Shown piece after piece: positions 1-16,965 of a stretch of 64,000 nucleotides of DNA; position 1 is the first letter of the stretch, and the number at the start of each line of letters is the position of its first letter. Below the pieces are notes generated by a model. The model ran no database searches. It was not told the DNA's origin and saw only the letters and a program-made list of their open reading frames with translations. The position numbers were made by a program, and so were the translations under genes. The DNA comes from the human T2T-CHM13v2.0 reference genome, Homo sapiens: assembly GCF_009914755.1 (NCBI RefSeq), contig NC_060927.1; one strand, 5' to 3'.

Positions 1-1480
1 AGAGCAACTCCAGGACTGCCACATGTTTCAGATCATATTTATGGACAGAAAAAGGAAAATGATGTACAGAAACAGTTGGATTCGTTATAGCTCAGCATTT
101 GCCTCATTCAAATACAGTTTGAACAGTTGGCCCCTTTGACTGGCCAAAACTCTGTGGTTGGTATAAGAGGTAGGTTATAGTCTGTTTACACATTCAGCTA
201 GGTTACAGTTCACTATATATGGAGAACCCTTTAAGCTGAACTTAAAATATATAAGGAGGCAGCTTTAGGCTTGACTTAATTTAGCAATTCCACCTTTTGG
301 TTAACCTCTCAAAACTGATTTTTTTTAGAGATTTTTTGACCCCTTTGAAAACTTTAGGCATTGATATCACTCTGTCACCATCATAAATGGACTTATTTGG
401 TCTCAAATCCCACTAACAGTGGATTTTGTAAGGTGGGAATAAACAGAACAATAGAAAAAAAACTGATTAACATCAGGCTACTTCAGCCTACTTTTTTGTA
501 AGGGCTAGAGGAGACTTCTTTATTATGCTGGAATCTCCTGTTTTCAGGAGGGAAAAAAAAACTGATCTATTTTAGGATGCACCTGCTTCCTCAAAGTTTC
601 CATTTGATTACATCACATTTAGCATGAGTGACTCCATTTTGGTTTGGTTTGTTGGGGCCTCGTGCACAAGCTCAGTCCAAAATAATGGCTACTCATAATT
701 TTGTTCAACAATTCCCCCCTTTTGGTCAGGTTCTTACCTGGGTGAGAATGTGACAAAAATGTAAGGCATTACCACCACTTTGTTACCATCATTTTGGGTT
801 TCCAGTCTCAGCATGTCATTCATAGGTTATGGTGCCCTTGTGGTTATGCATTTCTTTGAGTTTTTGTCATTCCAGTCTAAGAGAAACAATTTGACATTTT
901 ATAGATAGCTGTGGGCAAATATTTACAACTTTCAAGAAAATACAGCACACTGGGGAAACTACTATCGTGACCATCAGGAGGTCCAAGAGTTTGGAGTATG
1001 GTCCTTAGCCAGGGTCCCCATGAACCAAACCAAGTGAAATCAAGTAGATCAAAGAAAGAGCCAAATGAGGAGACTACTAATTTTAACTGAGCAGCCTGTT
1101 CATTAATCCCCTGCAACCAAGTCTCTGCAATGTCTGTGTATTCATCCACATGCAACAAGAATGTCAGCAACTGCATAGATTCTTGCATTTTCAGCCAGTA
1201 GGTAATCTAGAACAATTCTATTATCTAACACATCTATAGCAAGAGAATTTAAAGAAGTCTGTTATGCAACCATAGCTTTTGCAGTAAGATCTAGTATAAA
1301 GCCTATTAAGAGTAATAAATTTTTAATTTTACATCATTTACTCCAAATCATGGAAAAATAGACCTAAAAAATGATGCCCATTCAGAAGTGTGAAGGCCTC
1401 CTGGCAATGTTCTCTTTAACCTCTGATAAAGGTTAAGAGGAGTGAACCCTGTTCTGTTTCTCACTGATTATGGCTTGCAA
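1..1480 (-). mobile_element. Class I ERV internal remnant (MER4-supergroup-like), 3' region with degenerate env TM
   Basis: Minus strand 1260->1140 translates TSLNSLAIDVLDNRIVLDYLLAE (immunosuppressive domain), followed by a frameshifted SCCMWMN (CX6CC remnant). ORF 877-1188 gives the membrane-proximal WFGSWGPWLRTILQTLG. Stops and frameshifts are present. Confidence 0.85.
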
Positions 1481-1699
1481 CATATCAAAGATTTTTCCCT
1501 CAAATGCAATTTTATTTATTTGGAAATTATTCAGGAACGCAAATAAATTCTTTTTACATATTTATACTTAATGGATCATTTTTACTACAAATCATATGAT
1601 GAGAAATACAGTATTTGTATAAAGATAAATATACAATTTAGCGAGTGATATATCTGATGAGTATATAGTTTTACGTCAGTGAGTTTCTGGGGTTTTTGT

Positions 1700-2016
1700 T
1701 GTTGTTGCTGTTTTGTTTCATTTTTATTGTTTTTTGAGGCAGAGTCTTGCTCTGATCATGCCAGACTGGAGTACAGTGGCGTGATCACGGCTCACTGCAG
1801 CCTTAACTTTCTGGACTCAGGCAATCCTCACACCCTACCCTTGCACATAGCTGGGACTACAGGTGCGCCACTACACCCAGCTAATTTTTTTATTTTTTGT
1901 AGAAATGAGGTCTCGCTATATTGCCCAGGTTGGTCTTGACATCTGGGCTCAAGCAGTCCTCCCACCTTGGCCTCCCAAAGTGCTGGGATTACAGGTGTGA
2001 GCCACCATGCCTGGCC
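1700..2016 (-). mobile_element. Alu (AluJ-like)
   Basis: Antisense dimeric Alu with diverged T-rich tail, ending ...gccaccatgcctggcc. Confidence 0.9.
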
Positions 2017-2374
2017 CTCACTGAGTTTTAATTTGCATGGTCTTGATTACTAATGAGTATAAATGCCTTTACGTATATTTATTGGCCATTTGGATATTCT
2101 TTCTCATGCATTGTCTGTTCCAGTCTTTGCATTTTCCTATTGGATTGGCTTTTTTTTTTTCTTATTGAATTGTAGATCTTTTTATATTTGGGATATGAGC
2201 CCTTTGTCTGTTAGATGTGTTACAAGTATTTTCTCCCTGTCTGTGACTTTCGTTTTCATTCTCTTGATGTGCCTTAATATGTCTTCTGACACATATAGTA
2301 AAATTTAACAATCTTTTTTTCCCCAAGCCCCATTGAAAAATATGTTTCCCTGGCCCATGAGCATAAAGAAATTC

Positions 2375-4885
2375 TTTTTTTTAATTGTTTATTTCCATAG
2401 GTTTTTGGGGAACAGATGGTATTTGGTTACATAAGTTCTTTAATGGTGATTTATGAGATTTTGGTGCATCCATCACCTAAGCAGCATACACTGCACCCTA
2501 TTTGTAATCTTTTATCCCTCGCTCCCCTCCCACCCTTCCCCCTCAAGTCCCCAAAGTCCGTTGTATCATTCTTATGCCTTTGTGTCCTCACAGCTTAACT
2601 CCTATATATCAGTGAGTACATCTGATGTTTGGTTTTCCATTCCTGAGTTACTTCACTTAGAATAATAGTCTCCAATCTCATCCAGGTCACTGCAAATGCC
2701 ATGAATTCATTCCTTTTTATGGCTGAGTAGTATTCCATCATATATGTATATACCACAGTTTCTTTATCCACTTGTTGACTGGTGGGCATTTGGGTTTGTT
2801 CCACATTTTTGCTATTGTGAATCATGCTGCTATAAACATGCATGTGCAAGGATCTTTTTCATAAAATGACTTCTTTTCCTCTAGGTAGATAGTAGTGGGA
2901 CGGCTAGATCAAATGGTAGTTCTAATTTTAGTTCTTTAAGGAATCTCCACACTGTTTTCCATAGTGGTTGTACTAGTTTACATTCCCACTAGCAGTGTAG
3001 AAGCGTTCCATGATCACCACATCCATGCCAGCATCTACTGCTTTTGATTTTTTGATTATGGCCATTCTTGCAGGAGTGAGGGTGATATCACATAGTGGTT
3101 TTGATTTGCATTTCCCTGATCATTAGTGATGTGGAGCACTTTTTCATGTTTGTTGGCCATTTGTATATCTTCCTTTGAGAACTGTCTATTCATGTCTTTA
3201 GCCCACTTTTTTATAGGACTGTGTTTTTCTTGCTGATTTGTTTGAGTTCATTGTACATTCTGGATATTAGTCTTTTGTACAATGTATACATTGTGAAGAT
3301 TTTTCTCCCACTCTGTGGGTTGTCTGTTTACTCTGCTGACTGTTCCTTTCACCGTGCAGAAGCTCTCTAGTTTAATTAAGTCCCAGTTATTTATCTTTTT
3401 TATTGCATTTGCTTTTAGGTTCTTGGTCAAGAAATCCTTGCCTAAGCCAATGTCTAGAAGGATTTTTCTAATGTTATCTTCTAGAATTTTCATAGTTTCA
3501 GGTCTTAGATTTAAGTCCTTAATCCATCTTGAGTTGATTTTTGTATAAGGTGAGAGATGAGGATCCAGTTTCATTCTCCTACATATGGCTAGTCAATTAT
3601 CCCAGTACCATTTGTTGAAAAGGGTGTCCTTTCCCCACCTTACATTTTTGTTTGCTTTGTCAAAGATCAGTTAGCTGTAAATATTTGGGTTTATTTCTGG
3701 GTTCTCTATTCTGTTCCATTGGTCGATATGCCTATTTTTATACCAGTACCATGCTGTCTGGGTGACTATGACCTTATAGTATAGTTTGAAATCAGGTAAT
3801 GTGATGCCTCCAGATTTGTTCTTTTTGCTTGGTCTTCCTTTGGCTATTGGGCTGTTTTTTGGTTCCATATTAATTTTAGAATTGTTTTTTCTAATTCTGT
3901 GGAGAATGATGGTGGTATTTTGATGGGCATTGCATTGAATTTGTAGATTGCTTTTGGCAGTATGGTCATTTTCACAATATTGATTTTACCCATCCATGAG
4001 CAGGGGATGTGTTTCCATTTGTTTGTGTTGTCTATGATTTATTTCAGCAGTGTTGTATTCCCAGGTCAATGGAGCTATGATCCTAGAAGGATTGTGGCTG
4101 TCTCTACTGTGTCATGCAAGTTGTCAGGGAAGTTGGGGAAAGCTGGCAGTCACAGCCCTCACCCAGCTCCCCTGCAATCTGAAGGGCCAGTCTCATTCCC
4201 ACCGTTCCCCCACTAACAGCACAGAGTCTGTTTCCAGGCTGTGGGCAAGCAGGGCTGAGAACTTGCCCCAGGCTACCTGCCTCTCAGCTGCAGAAGCAAG
4301 TATGGATTTCCTTCTTCCCCACCTATGGAGTCTGCACACTGGAGTCACGCCCTCCCCTGAGTTCTGGCCAAGAGGCTTCTCAATTAGTTCAAATTGTTAC
4401 AGAGTTCAGCTGGAGATTTCCTTCTCCCTGTGGCCTATTCCCAGGGCCTCTAGCTGCCCTCCCAAAGGATCCCTGTGAGGCCAGGAAGGAATGGCCTTCC
4501 TGGGGACCCAGGAGCTCCCAGCACCTTTCCGGCTGCTTCCTCTACCTCTGTATTTTGCTCAGCTCTCTAAATTGACTCAGCTCCAGGTAAGGTCAGAACC
4601 TTCTCCCTAATCTAGACCTTCAGTTTCCCTAGTTGGGGTGTGTGTTCGGGAGCAGATGATCTCCCTTTCCCACTTCCACAGTTTGGGCACTCACAGTATT
4701 TGGGGTGTCTACTGGGTCCTGCAGGAGCAGTCTGCTTCCTTCAGAGGGTCTGTGGGTTCTCTCAGGTTTCCTGGTTTATTCCTGCAGTCGTTCTGGAGCT
4801 AAAATTCACAGTGCGAGCCTCCACACGCTGCTCTGTCCGTCCGAGTCAGAGCTGCAATCTAGTCCTGCCTCCTGTCCCAAGACAG
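2375..4885 (-). mobile_element. L1PB-type LINE-1 with large internal deletion (3' UTR + ORF2 C-terminus joined to 5' UTR)
   Basis: 2375-4050 has an L1PB 3' UTR and ORF2 peptides ([21 protein letters not shown]; [13 protein letters not shown]). 4050-4885 resembles the L1PBa 5' UTR (gagctgcaatctagtcctgcctcctgtc at its 5' end). Confidence 0.8.
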
Positions 4886-5872
4886 TCTTTTAAATCATCT
4901 ACAAAATCTTTATTGTTTTGCATTTGACATCGAGAAGGTCTACCTTTCACCTAAAATGTATATGGGTCATAGTGTACATTATGGGTCCAATATCTTTTTT
5001 ATTCTTTCTTTTCTTTTTCTTTTTTTTTTTTTTTTGGCATTTACGGCTTATTTTTCCTAGCATCTTTTATTCTTTTATTGAAAAGATAGTCCTTTCCCTA
5101 CTGCTCCACAGCAGTAATCAATATAATTAATTCATAAGTATATATATGAGTTTTAAGCTCTCTATTTTGTTTATTTATCTATTATTAAACCAAAATGATG
5201 CTTCATAATTACTAATGCTTTTAGGTCTTGGTATCAAGTAGAGCAAGTGTTCCCACATTAGTCTTCTTCCTCAAGAATATCCCAGCTATCCTTGGCCCTG
5301 TGCAGTTCCACATAAATTTTGGGATTAGTTTGTCAAGTTTACACACACACGGAGAAAAACATTGTTGCTATTTTTGACTGGGATTACATCGAATCTGAAG
5401 ATTAATTTGAAGAGAATCAATATTCTTTAAATGTTGAGACATCAACTCCACATATATATTCAATTATTTAAGTTGCCTTTATTTTTTCTTATTAAATTTT
5501 ATAATTTTCACAAGGGTTCTGCACATTTTTTAAAGATTTATACCTAGGTACATGACTTCTTATGCTATTTTGAATGCTATTTTTTATTTCATTTTCTAAA
5601 TATTGATTGCTGATTATAGACTTGCAATTAATCTTTACACTGATTTTGCATCCACTGCTGAATTTGGTTATAAATTCTAATAATGTATTCATAGATTCTT
5701 TTGGATTGTCTGTGTTACCGTCATATCATCTTCAAATAATGACAGTTTTGTTTCTCTCCAATCCCCGTATTTCTCTCCCTCCACCCCGCGTCCCCTTATC
5801 TTACTGTTCTAGTGCTGAGCTGAAATTCTGAATAGAAATAGTGGTAGCGGGCTTCCTTGTATTTTTTCTGAT

Positions 5873-6396
5873 TGTCTCATTTGCACCCATGGAATTTTTG
5901 TTTATAGAAGTGAGTGAGTGACAGCACAGAGAGATTAATGCCATTGAAGAAGAATTTATTTTCCAGGAAAACGGGACATGCTACACCACACAGGCCCACT
6001 TGGGGAGCACCAGGTGTGGTCAGGAGGCAGCAGCAGAAGCAGGGGAAAGCCCAGGCCAGAGCCTGTATTAGGCTTCCTTGGGAGAGGCAAGGCAGGGCAG
6101 AGTCAGCAGTTTAGGAATGGCAAATCTGAGTAAAAATCAGCAGGCTTTGGGGTATGGGGAGCTCTCTAGTTGGCTCGTACCTGGCCCTGCGATGATTTAA
6201 AGCAGGGGAAATGTTGGCGTGGTATGTGAGAGTTTGATAAAGGGGAGTGGGTGGTTTGCATTTTAGAGGCCTGCTCCCAAGTTGTTTACTATTTTGAGAA
6301 ATTAGCTAGCCCTGGGAGGGCAGTCTCTCCTTGGCCAGCAAGATTTTTAAGAAGTCAAGACATCATAAGATACTGAAAATGAAAACATAATAAACA
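5873..6396 (-). mobile_element. Solo ERVL-type LTR (MER74/MER73-like)
   Basis: TG...CA termini with a 5-bp target-site duplication CTGAT (5868-5872 / 6397-6401), interrupting the L1M. Confidence 0.75.
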
Positions 6397-6865
6397 CTGA
6401 TCCAAAAGAGAAAGCTTCCAACATCCCATTCAGGTTTTTTGTTTATTTTGTTTTAGATATCCTTTATCCTAAAAAGGTTCTTTTCTATTCCTCAGTTTTC
6501 AACAGTGTTTTTCCTAATTATGAACAGATGTTGGATTTTATCAAATATTTTTCCCTGAATCAATTGATTATATGACTTTCCTCATATCTAGCAATATGAA
6601 TACTCAATTTATTGAACTTTTAACGTTAACCAATATTTTTATTTCTGAGAATAAACCCAACTTGGTCATGATGTACTCATTTTTATATATCGTTAGATTT
6701 GGTTTGTCAACATTTTGTTAGAATTTTTGCAACTGTACTTATAAGAGAAATTGGTCTGGTTTTCCTTTTTTTGTGCTGTCCCTATTGGATATTGGTACAA
6801 GGTTATGTTAGCCTCCTGCAATTAGTTGAAAAGTATATCTCAGGAATATTTACCAAGAAAGAGTT

Positions 6866-7435
<570 letters not shown>

Positions 7436-9689
7436 GGGTTAATAGAATATTGGCATTTTTTTTCTTGTTTGGTAGAACTGTCCAATTAAGCCAATCAGGC
7501 CTAGAATCTTCTTTACAGGAACAACTTTAACCGGGATTTCATTGCTTTAATAGTTATAAAAGTATTTCAATTTTCTATTCTTTTTTGTATCAATTTTGAT
7601 AAGTAAGTAAGTTTGTGTCAGTTTTTAGAAGTTTGCTATTTTTCTGGACATTTCATCTAAATTTTCAATTTTTTGGCATAAGCTTCTTCATATTATCCTT
7701 TTATAATCTTTTTAATGCCTGCAGGATTGGTAGTTTTTTTGTTTCTGATATTGTTTATTTGTTCTTTCTTTTTTTCTTGATAAATCTCACCAGAAGTTAA
7801 TCAACTTTTTTAGTCTTTTAAAATAACTCTCTTTGACTTTGGCAGTGCTTTCTATTAAACATTTGCTTTTCTCTTTATTAATTCATGTTCTCATCTGTTT
7901 GACTTTCTCCCTTCTAATTTCTGTGGATTTACTTTTCTGTTGTTTTCTAAGTGTTTGAGATTGATGTACAGCTACATAAATTTCAACCTTTTTCCTTTCT
8001 TAATACATACATTTAAGGCAATAAATTTTCTGTTAAACTCTTCTAACTCCATCTTTAAAAGGTTTAAATGTACCATTTTTACCATTATTCCGATAAAAGT
8101 ATTTTCTAATATTTCCTGTGATTTCTTCTTAGAGTCGTGGGTTACTTAGAAGCATACTGACTAAACTCTAAGCAAATGGGAATTTTTTTAATTAATCTTT
8201 TTTATTACTGATTTCTCTAATACATTGTACTAGAGAACATATTCTATATGATTTCAGTACTCTCACGTTTATTAAAAACCTTCTTTACAGCTGCTGTGCA
8301 TTGTCAATAATTGTATATATTCTGCATGACTTTTTGAAAAGAATATGCAATACATAGTAGTTGTTGTATGTTTGGTCAAATATGTTAAGCATATTGCTCA
8401 TATCATTTCTATACCTCATGATTGTTTTCTCAATGAGTGAAAACATGTATTGAAATCTTTATGGTGAACTTATTTCTTCTTGCAGTTCTGCCTGGTTTTG
8501 CTCTCTATATGTTGATATGGCCATTAAAAGCACGCAAATTTAGAATTGCCATATCTTCCTGCAGAGCTTAACCTTTTATCATTATGAAGCAAAGCCCTTT
8601 AATTCTAGTAATGCTTTTTCCCTAAATTCTATTTTGTGTGATATTACTGTAGCTGCTCCAGTTGTAAAACAAACTGGGGAGGAAGGAGGGGTAAGCATTT
8701 CACTTTCTATCTTTCTGTATCATTATCATGTTTATCCTTTATGGATATAGATTTGGATATATCTATATTTGTGGATAAATATAAAAGATTGCTTGAAAAA
8801 TTATATATGTGTATATATAGTCATACATACAGTTCTTTAACTGGAGCATTTAATCCATTTATAATTAATGTAATTACTGTTGTCTTAGAGCTATATTTAT
8901 CATCTTACTGTATGCTCTCTGTTTGTATAACAGCTCTGTGTTCCTTTTCCTTTCTCTCTTCTCTTGCATTCTTGCATAGTGATTGCTTGGGGGTTTATTT
9001 ATTTTGTTTTGTTTTTATTGTGCTATTTTCCCTGTTAGTTTGAAAGACATATACTCTTTTTAGATTTTTTCCTTTAGCGATTACCCTAGAACTTAAGAAA
9101 TAGATCCTTAATTTCTGATGCCTAATGAATTGAAAAATTATTTGTAGAACTAATTGAATGGCAACAGTAGCATTATAATGTTCCAGGTGTTATTTTTATC
9201 TGCTCCATTCAGGCACCTAGAGGCACTAGCAGTCAGCATCACCTTGCTTGGGATTTTCCAGGCCACCCATATGATCAGAAAGGTGTAAACCATACACGAT
9301 CTGCTTTACTGCCGGTGTAATTTTATTGCTATGTTCCCAGTCGAAAAGGTAGGAGCGGGGTGTTATCTATCAGGACATGTGCACTTTGCACACCCTGGAT
9401 TCAAATCTAGCACCCCTAGCTCAGGGAGACCTCAGGTCTGCCTCACAGCTGCCTTTTCCGAATCAACAGCAAAAGTGATCCAGTGGTATATTCACATCCT
9501 GACCTCCCACCCTCTGCTAGATCTCAGTCCAGTCATTGTTCACTGTGTTGTTTAGTCTTTGATGTATTTTAGAAAAAAGTTTAATACATTTCATTCAGCT
9601 CTTTAGTTGCAATGCCTGAGAAAAATTACCCTCTCAGTTCCTGCCCCTGAAGTTCCTGGAGCTACCTATAGCTTGGTTACTCCTCTACC

Positions 9690-10090
9690 AGTACTTACTG
9701 AGAGCCTACTATCTGCCTGACCCTATTCTATGCTCTAGAGATTCTGCAGTAAAGTCCAGGCCTCAAGGAGTTGACATTCTGGCTGAAGAAAGAGATGTTA
9801 AACAAGTAAACTTGTCTAAATAGATTGAGAGGGTGAACTACACAACGTCCTGGCAAAGAGCTTCTTAGGCAGGTGAAACAAATCCCAAGGCCCTGAGGCA
9901 GGACAGTCAGAGTGCCTGGAGCAGACTGAGAGAAAGGAGGGTAGCAGAGATGAGGTCAGGGTGGCCAAAGCCAGACTGCATAGGGACTGGTAGGGTTTTA
10001 TTCTAGGTTTAATGAAAAGTCCTTAGTGTGGAAAGATTTGAAAGACTTGTGTTTGTATTAAGTTGCTCTGGTAGCTTTGTGGAAAATAGC
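9690..10090 (-). mobile_element. L2 3' fragment
   Basis: tacttactgagagcctacta...ctcaaggagttgacattct...gagatgaggtcagg pattern typical of L2. Confidence 0.65.
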
Positions 10091-10831
10091 CTACAGATCT
10101 TTTCTCTGATTCTAATCGAACACACTCCAATACATTTCTTTTCCCTTCTGAATTAGCTACAGTCACATAACCACAAAAGAAAAAAAAAATCCTAAATCAT
10201 ATACCTAGAGTGGTGACTGCAGAGAAACATGAGGTATTTCATTCGATTTGGAGGAAGACAGTGAGGACTCCTATTCATATTCCAGGCTGGGAAATTAGCA
10301 GCCATGGGTGTACAGGACTCAAGCCCTACTATGGCAAGTCTGGCCTCCCGAGACTCTGACTCCTTCTTTGACACAGCCACACCTACAGCAAAAGACTTGA
10401 GCAACGTGCTGCTGCCCAGCCCCAGGTGGTTCTAGGAAGCAGCCACTCTCCTGAAACAATCAAGGCCCTGATTTCAACCTAGATCACCTGTTCTGATTTC
10501 TCCCTCCTTCATCCCCAGTGGGCACGTCGTTACCCTCTGCCACCCAATGCTTCGATTGAGATCACCTGTGTCACCTGACATGTTCTCAGAATAGAAAATG
10601 ATCAGGCCCTGGCACCAGGGATAAAAGTTACAGGTAGCAGATAGGTAACCCCTGAATAGTAGCTGAACACATAGTCAAACTTACTAGTGCAGAAACCAAA
10701 CACATTCATAGACTGGTGCAAAACTTCATAGAGCAGTTTTTGACCGCCCTTGAAAAATAAAGTGGGAGAAAGCAATTCTGGCATAAATAGAAAGGCCGAT
10801 GCTCACGTTAAAAACTCTGGAGAAAATGGTG

Positions 10832-11236
<405 letters not shown>

Positions 11237-11802
11237 TTTTTGTATTTAATAAATTTTTTTAAGAAAATGGTTTCCCATTTCTCAATTTTGTGTGAACAGA
11301 TGCTAAATATCACATATACTAAGATGGGCCATGAAGTCAAAGTAACCGTTTTTATTCCCATGTATAGCAACACTTCATCTCCTCAGAATCCAGCTGTCTA
11401 GACATTTCAGCTATCCAGCATGTAGATATAAGAAAGGCGGCAAACAAAAACGTATCCAAAGAATTCAAATATATTTAACAAGTTTTACATTTTAAAGTAT
11501 CTCTTTTATCTCAGGTTATTCACATTTATCTCAGTTCTCTTTTATCTTAGTTCTTTTTTCCCTGAGTTGTACACTACATCTTGATGTTAGAGGTGAGAGA
11601 CGGGCTACCATAGGAAACAACCAGAAATAATAGTCTGCCCTCTAGAGGCCAGAGTAAAAATTTGAAAATACAGATGTAGTATCTCAAAAAATACAGCAAT
11701 TTTGTCTCTGGGCAAACAGCACTACGATTTTCAGTGAAGGCATTGCAGCACTGTATGATAGCTGAAGTATACAATGATTTCCCTTAAAGATCAAGATCAA
11801 TG

Positions 11803-11893
11803 CTTGAGCATGGGAGGTCGAGGCTGCAGTGAGTCATGATTGCACCACCGCAATCCAGCCTGGGCAACAGAGCAAGACCCTGCCTGAAAAAAA
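11803..11893 (+). mobile_element. Alu right-arm fragment (AluJ)
   Basis: gcttgagcatgggaggtcgaggctgcagtgag...A tail. Confidence 0.8.
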
Positions 11894-12119
11894 AGTGTCC
11901 AGAGGTCCAGATCAAGATCAAGAAAATGTTAAGTTGTTTTCCTGGAAGGGCAAGAAACGTGTATTGCATTATAGAACAAATCCCACTAAAACATAACCAG
12001 GATTCATTTTGTAAAGTGAGTGAATGTGAAGGTGTAACTCACCTGTTCAAAACACCATTTTACTTGGAGTAACTTTTTTTTCTTCTCTTCACATGTGATT
12101 AGATAAGCTCTAAGAAACT

Positions 12120-12925
12120 AATTGTGTGGTGAAGAACCTGGGTTCTGATATCAGACAGATCTAGACTCAGTTAACAGCTGTGTGACTTTGGACAAGTTAC
12201 TTAACTTCCGTAAGCCTAGGTTCCTGATCTCTAAAATGAGATTATCAGTACCTCCCTTACAAGGTTAACATGAGGATTAAGTAAGATGAAGCACTGTGAG
12301 GCCCTTCCGCCTCACAGTAATTGCTCAATAAATGAAAACTATTACTTCTACTATCTCAATACTGGAGACAGCACTGCCTAATAACTATGGACTCTGCAGC
12401 CAAAAGGCATAGGCTCAAAGTTCAAATCCTGGCTTGGCTACTTACATAATAGTGTGACCTTGAACAAGTTACTAAATCTCTCTGTGCCTCCATTTCCTGG
12501 TCTTTAAAATAGAGACAGTGATTGTACCTACCCGATAAAGTTGTGAAGAGGATTAAGTGAGCTAAGGCAGGGGTCTCCAACCCCGGTGAGCGGTAAGCGA
12601 GCATTACTGCCTGAGCTCTGCCTCCTGTCAGCTCAGCAGTGGCATTAGATTCTCATAGGAGTGTGAACCCCACTGTGAACTGCGCATGCGAGGGATCTAG
12701 GTTGTATGCTCCTTATGAGAATCTAACTAATGCCTGCTGATCTGAAGTGAAACAGTGTGGTCCCAAAACCATCTCCCCAACACACAGTTTCTGTGAAAAA
12801 TTGCCTTCCACGAAACTGGTTCCTGGTGCCAAAAAGGTTGGGGACCGCTGAGCTAATGCATTAGAATTGCTTAGATCAGGGCCTGGTGCATAGTAAGCAC
12901 ATTTAAGTGTTGACTGTCATTGCTG
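12120..12925 (+). mobile_element. Two MIR elements, the second split by MER1B
   Basis: MIR core tgtgac(t/c)ttg(g/a)acaagttact(t)aa at ~12181 and ~12453. Confidence 0.75.
12568..12850. mobile_element. MER1B (hAT-Charlie MITE)
   Basis: TIRs caggggtctccaacc / ggttggggaccgctg; 8-bp TSD agctaagg/agctaatg. Confidence 0.85.
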
Positions 12926-13224
12926 TTAATGACTGATCATGCCATTGTTAGGAAGCACTTTTCCTCCTTTGATTTAGCCATGACTTCCTCCTTTGTCCTC
13001 CCCTGGCAATCATGTCATATACAAAGTCCTTTTATGTGTATCATCCCAAATGAGTCTTAGGACATGATACCAATGTTTATAAATTTCACACAGGTATTTG
13101 TCCAAAACAATATTTAACTGAATCATGAATCCTAGTATCAAACAATACAAGTATCACATCACATAATAATACATTTTTAAAACTGAAAGAAACTAACATC
13201 TATAGTTAGAAAAATACGTTCCTC

Positions 13225-14940
<1,716 letters not shown>

Positions 14941-14941
14941 C

Positions 14942-15018
14942 AGAGAGAGAGAAAAATGGAAGCAAGGAAGGAAGGAAGGAAGAGAGGGAGGGAGGAAGGG
15001 AGGGAGGGAGGGAGGGAA
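14942..15018. repeat. GA-rich simple repeat (GGAA/GGGA)n
   Basis: Seen directly. Confidence 0.9.
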
Positions 15019-16552
15019 ATAGGTTCCTTATCTCTCTAATTCCTGGAGATTAAAGCTACTGAGCCTAATTGTGAAATCAGTTTAAATAGCTGCAGTTTCT
15101 CCCACTTAGCATAAGGTGGCACCAAAGGATGTTTTAATTTGTTGCTCAATGCCTTGGACAAAGTGCTCCAGCTAGTCAGAAAACCTAGGAATACAAGCAA
15201 GATCTTCTGAACTAACTGAATAACCCTGAGAAGCCTCAGTTGTCAGCAGCTTCCTCGAACCTTTTGTGCCCAAACTTCTGAAACTGTTTCATCTTGGGTA
15301 AGAACAGAAAAGTTCTCTTACAAAAATATGCCTAAAAATATCCTACTGTTGAACTATTGCTGGGGTAGATTGTTTGACACCTGCCAGGAAGCTGTGCTTC
15401 CTGGTAAACAAAAAGTAACCCATGTACAGTATAGGAAAGCCATCAAATTTAAAATACTAACAAAAAATCATCAATACTACAACTCGGAGATAACCACAGC
15501 CTCTCCCCAAAATTTCCACCTCCCAAATTGCCTATTTCTAGCTTCCCACATTTTCTCTTTCCCAATTTCAGCCTCCCAAGTTCTCTACCAATATTTTCCA
15601 GTTGTCTAAATTCACAATATTTGAGACATTTTATTCTTTCCTAACAAAAATAGTAATATCTCCCCTAGAACTGTATTGTTTTAAAAGTGCTTAATCGTTG
15701 GAGATCTGTGGCACAGCCATGTGAATATACTTAACGCTACTGAACTACACATTTTAAAATGGTTTCAATGCTAAATTGTATGTTTTTACCACAATTAAAA
15801 TTTTTAAAAATTGTTTTCAAAAAGAAAAAGGGTTTAACCATTAACATTTTTATACATTTAGTTCAAATTAACTTAAGCAGTCCTGTCCATAGTACATTGA
15901 ACTGTACATAATACATTGCATTTAAAAATGGGCCAATAAGCAAGCTCATGCTAATAAAATAAATCAAATAACCTTGTGACTTTGGGACTCACTGGGCATG
16001 TGTTCCAAAGAACATACCATGCCTAGTGCTGTGGATATCAAGAGGGCAAGATAAATGTGAAGGTTAAGAGTAGCCCTTCAACTTCAACTGCAATTTCTCC
16101 AGCGAGTTAGCCACAAGGTCCAACTGACCACAGGTGTCTCTTTAGATTAGGTGGTGAGAAAAAGACTGAAAAAGTCCTAGTCTTTGGCAACTACAAGATC
16201 ATTGAGTGTCTAAGTTGTGAGGAAGGAATAAGAGAAAAAGTGAACTAGTTTGTGGTCAGTCCGAGACTCCATCTAGATTTTAGGATGGAGTGGCAGTGAG
16301 GGGTTTTGTAGGAGGGGCTTTCACAGATGGAAGTCATACCAAAGTGAGGGTCTATCATCTTAGAATCTCCAAAGGCAGATGGCATGGGTTCAAACCCTAG
16401 CTCTGCCACTTACTAGGTGTGTGGTTAGCTTCACAAATAACTTTATCTTAGTGTGTCTACTATCCTCCTCTGTAAAACAGGAACTACAATGGTAATAAAG
16501 TAGTACCTATCTCACAAGATGGGTAAGTAAATTAAAAGAATTAATAGTGTGA

Positions 16553-16852
<300 letters not shown>

Positions 16853-16885
16853 TTAATAGTGTGGCACTTGACATACAGAAAGCAC

Positions 16886-16965
16886 CCGTGTTAGCCAGGA
16901 TGGTCTCGATCTCCTGACCTAGTGATCCGCCCACCTCGGCCTCCCAAAGTGCTGGGATTACAGGC
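16886..16965 (-). mobile_element. 80-bp internal AluY-like fragment at a deletion junction
   Basis: ccgtgttagccaggatggtctcgatctcc...ggattacaggc; no Alu ends, tail or TSD. Confidence 0.85.

Noticed and set aside
877-1188. Possible domesticated env (syncytin-like)
   Set aside because: Stop and frameshift around the ISD/CX6CC region and no SU; a fossil only
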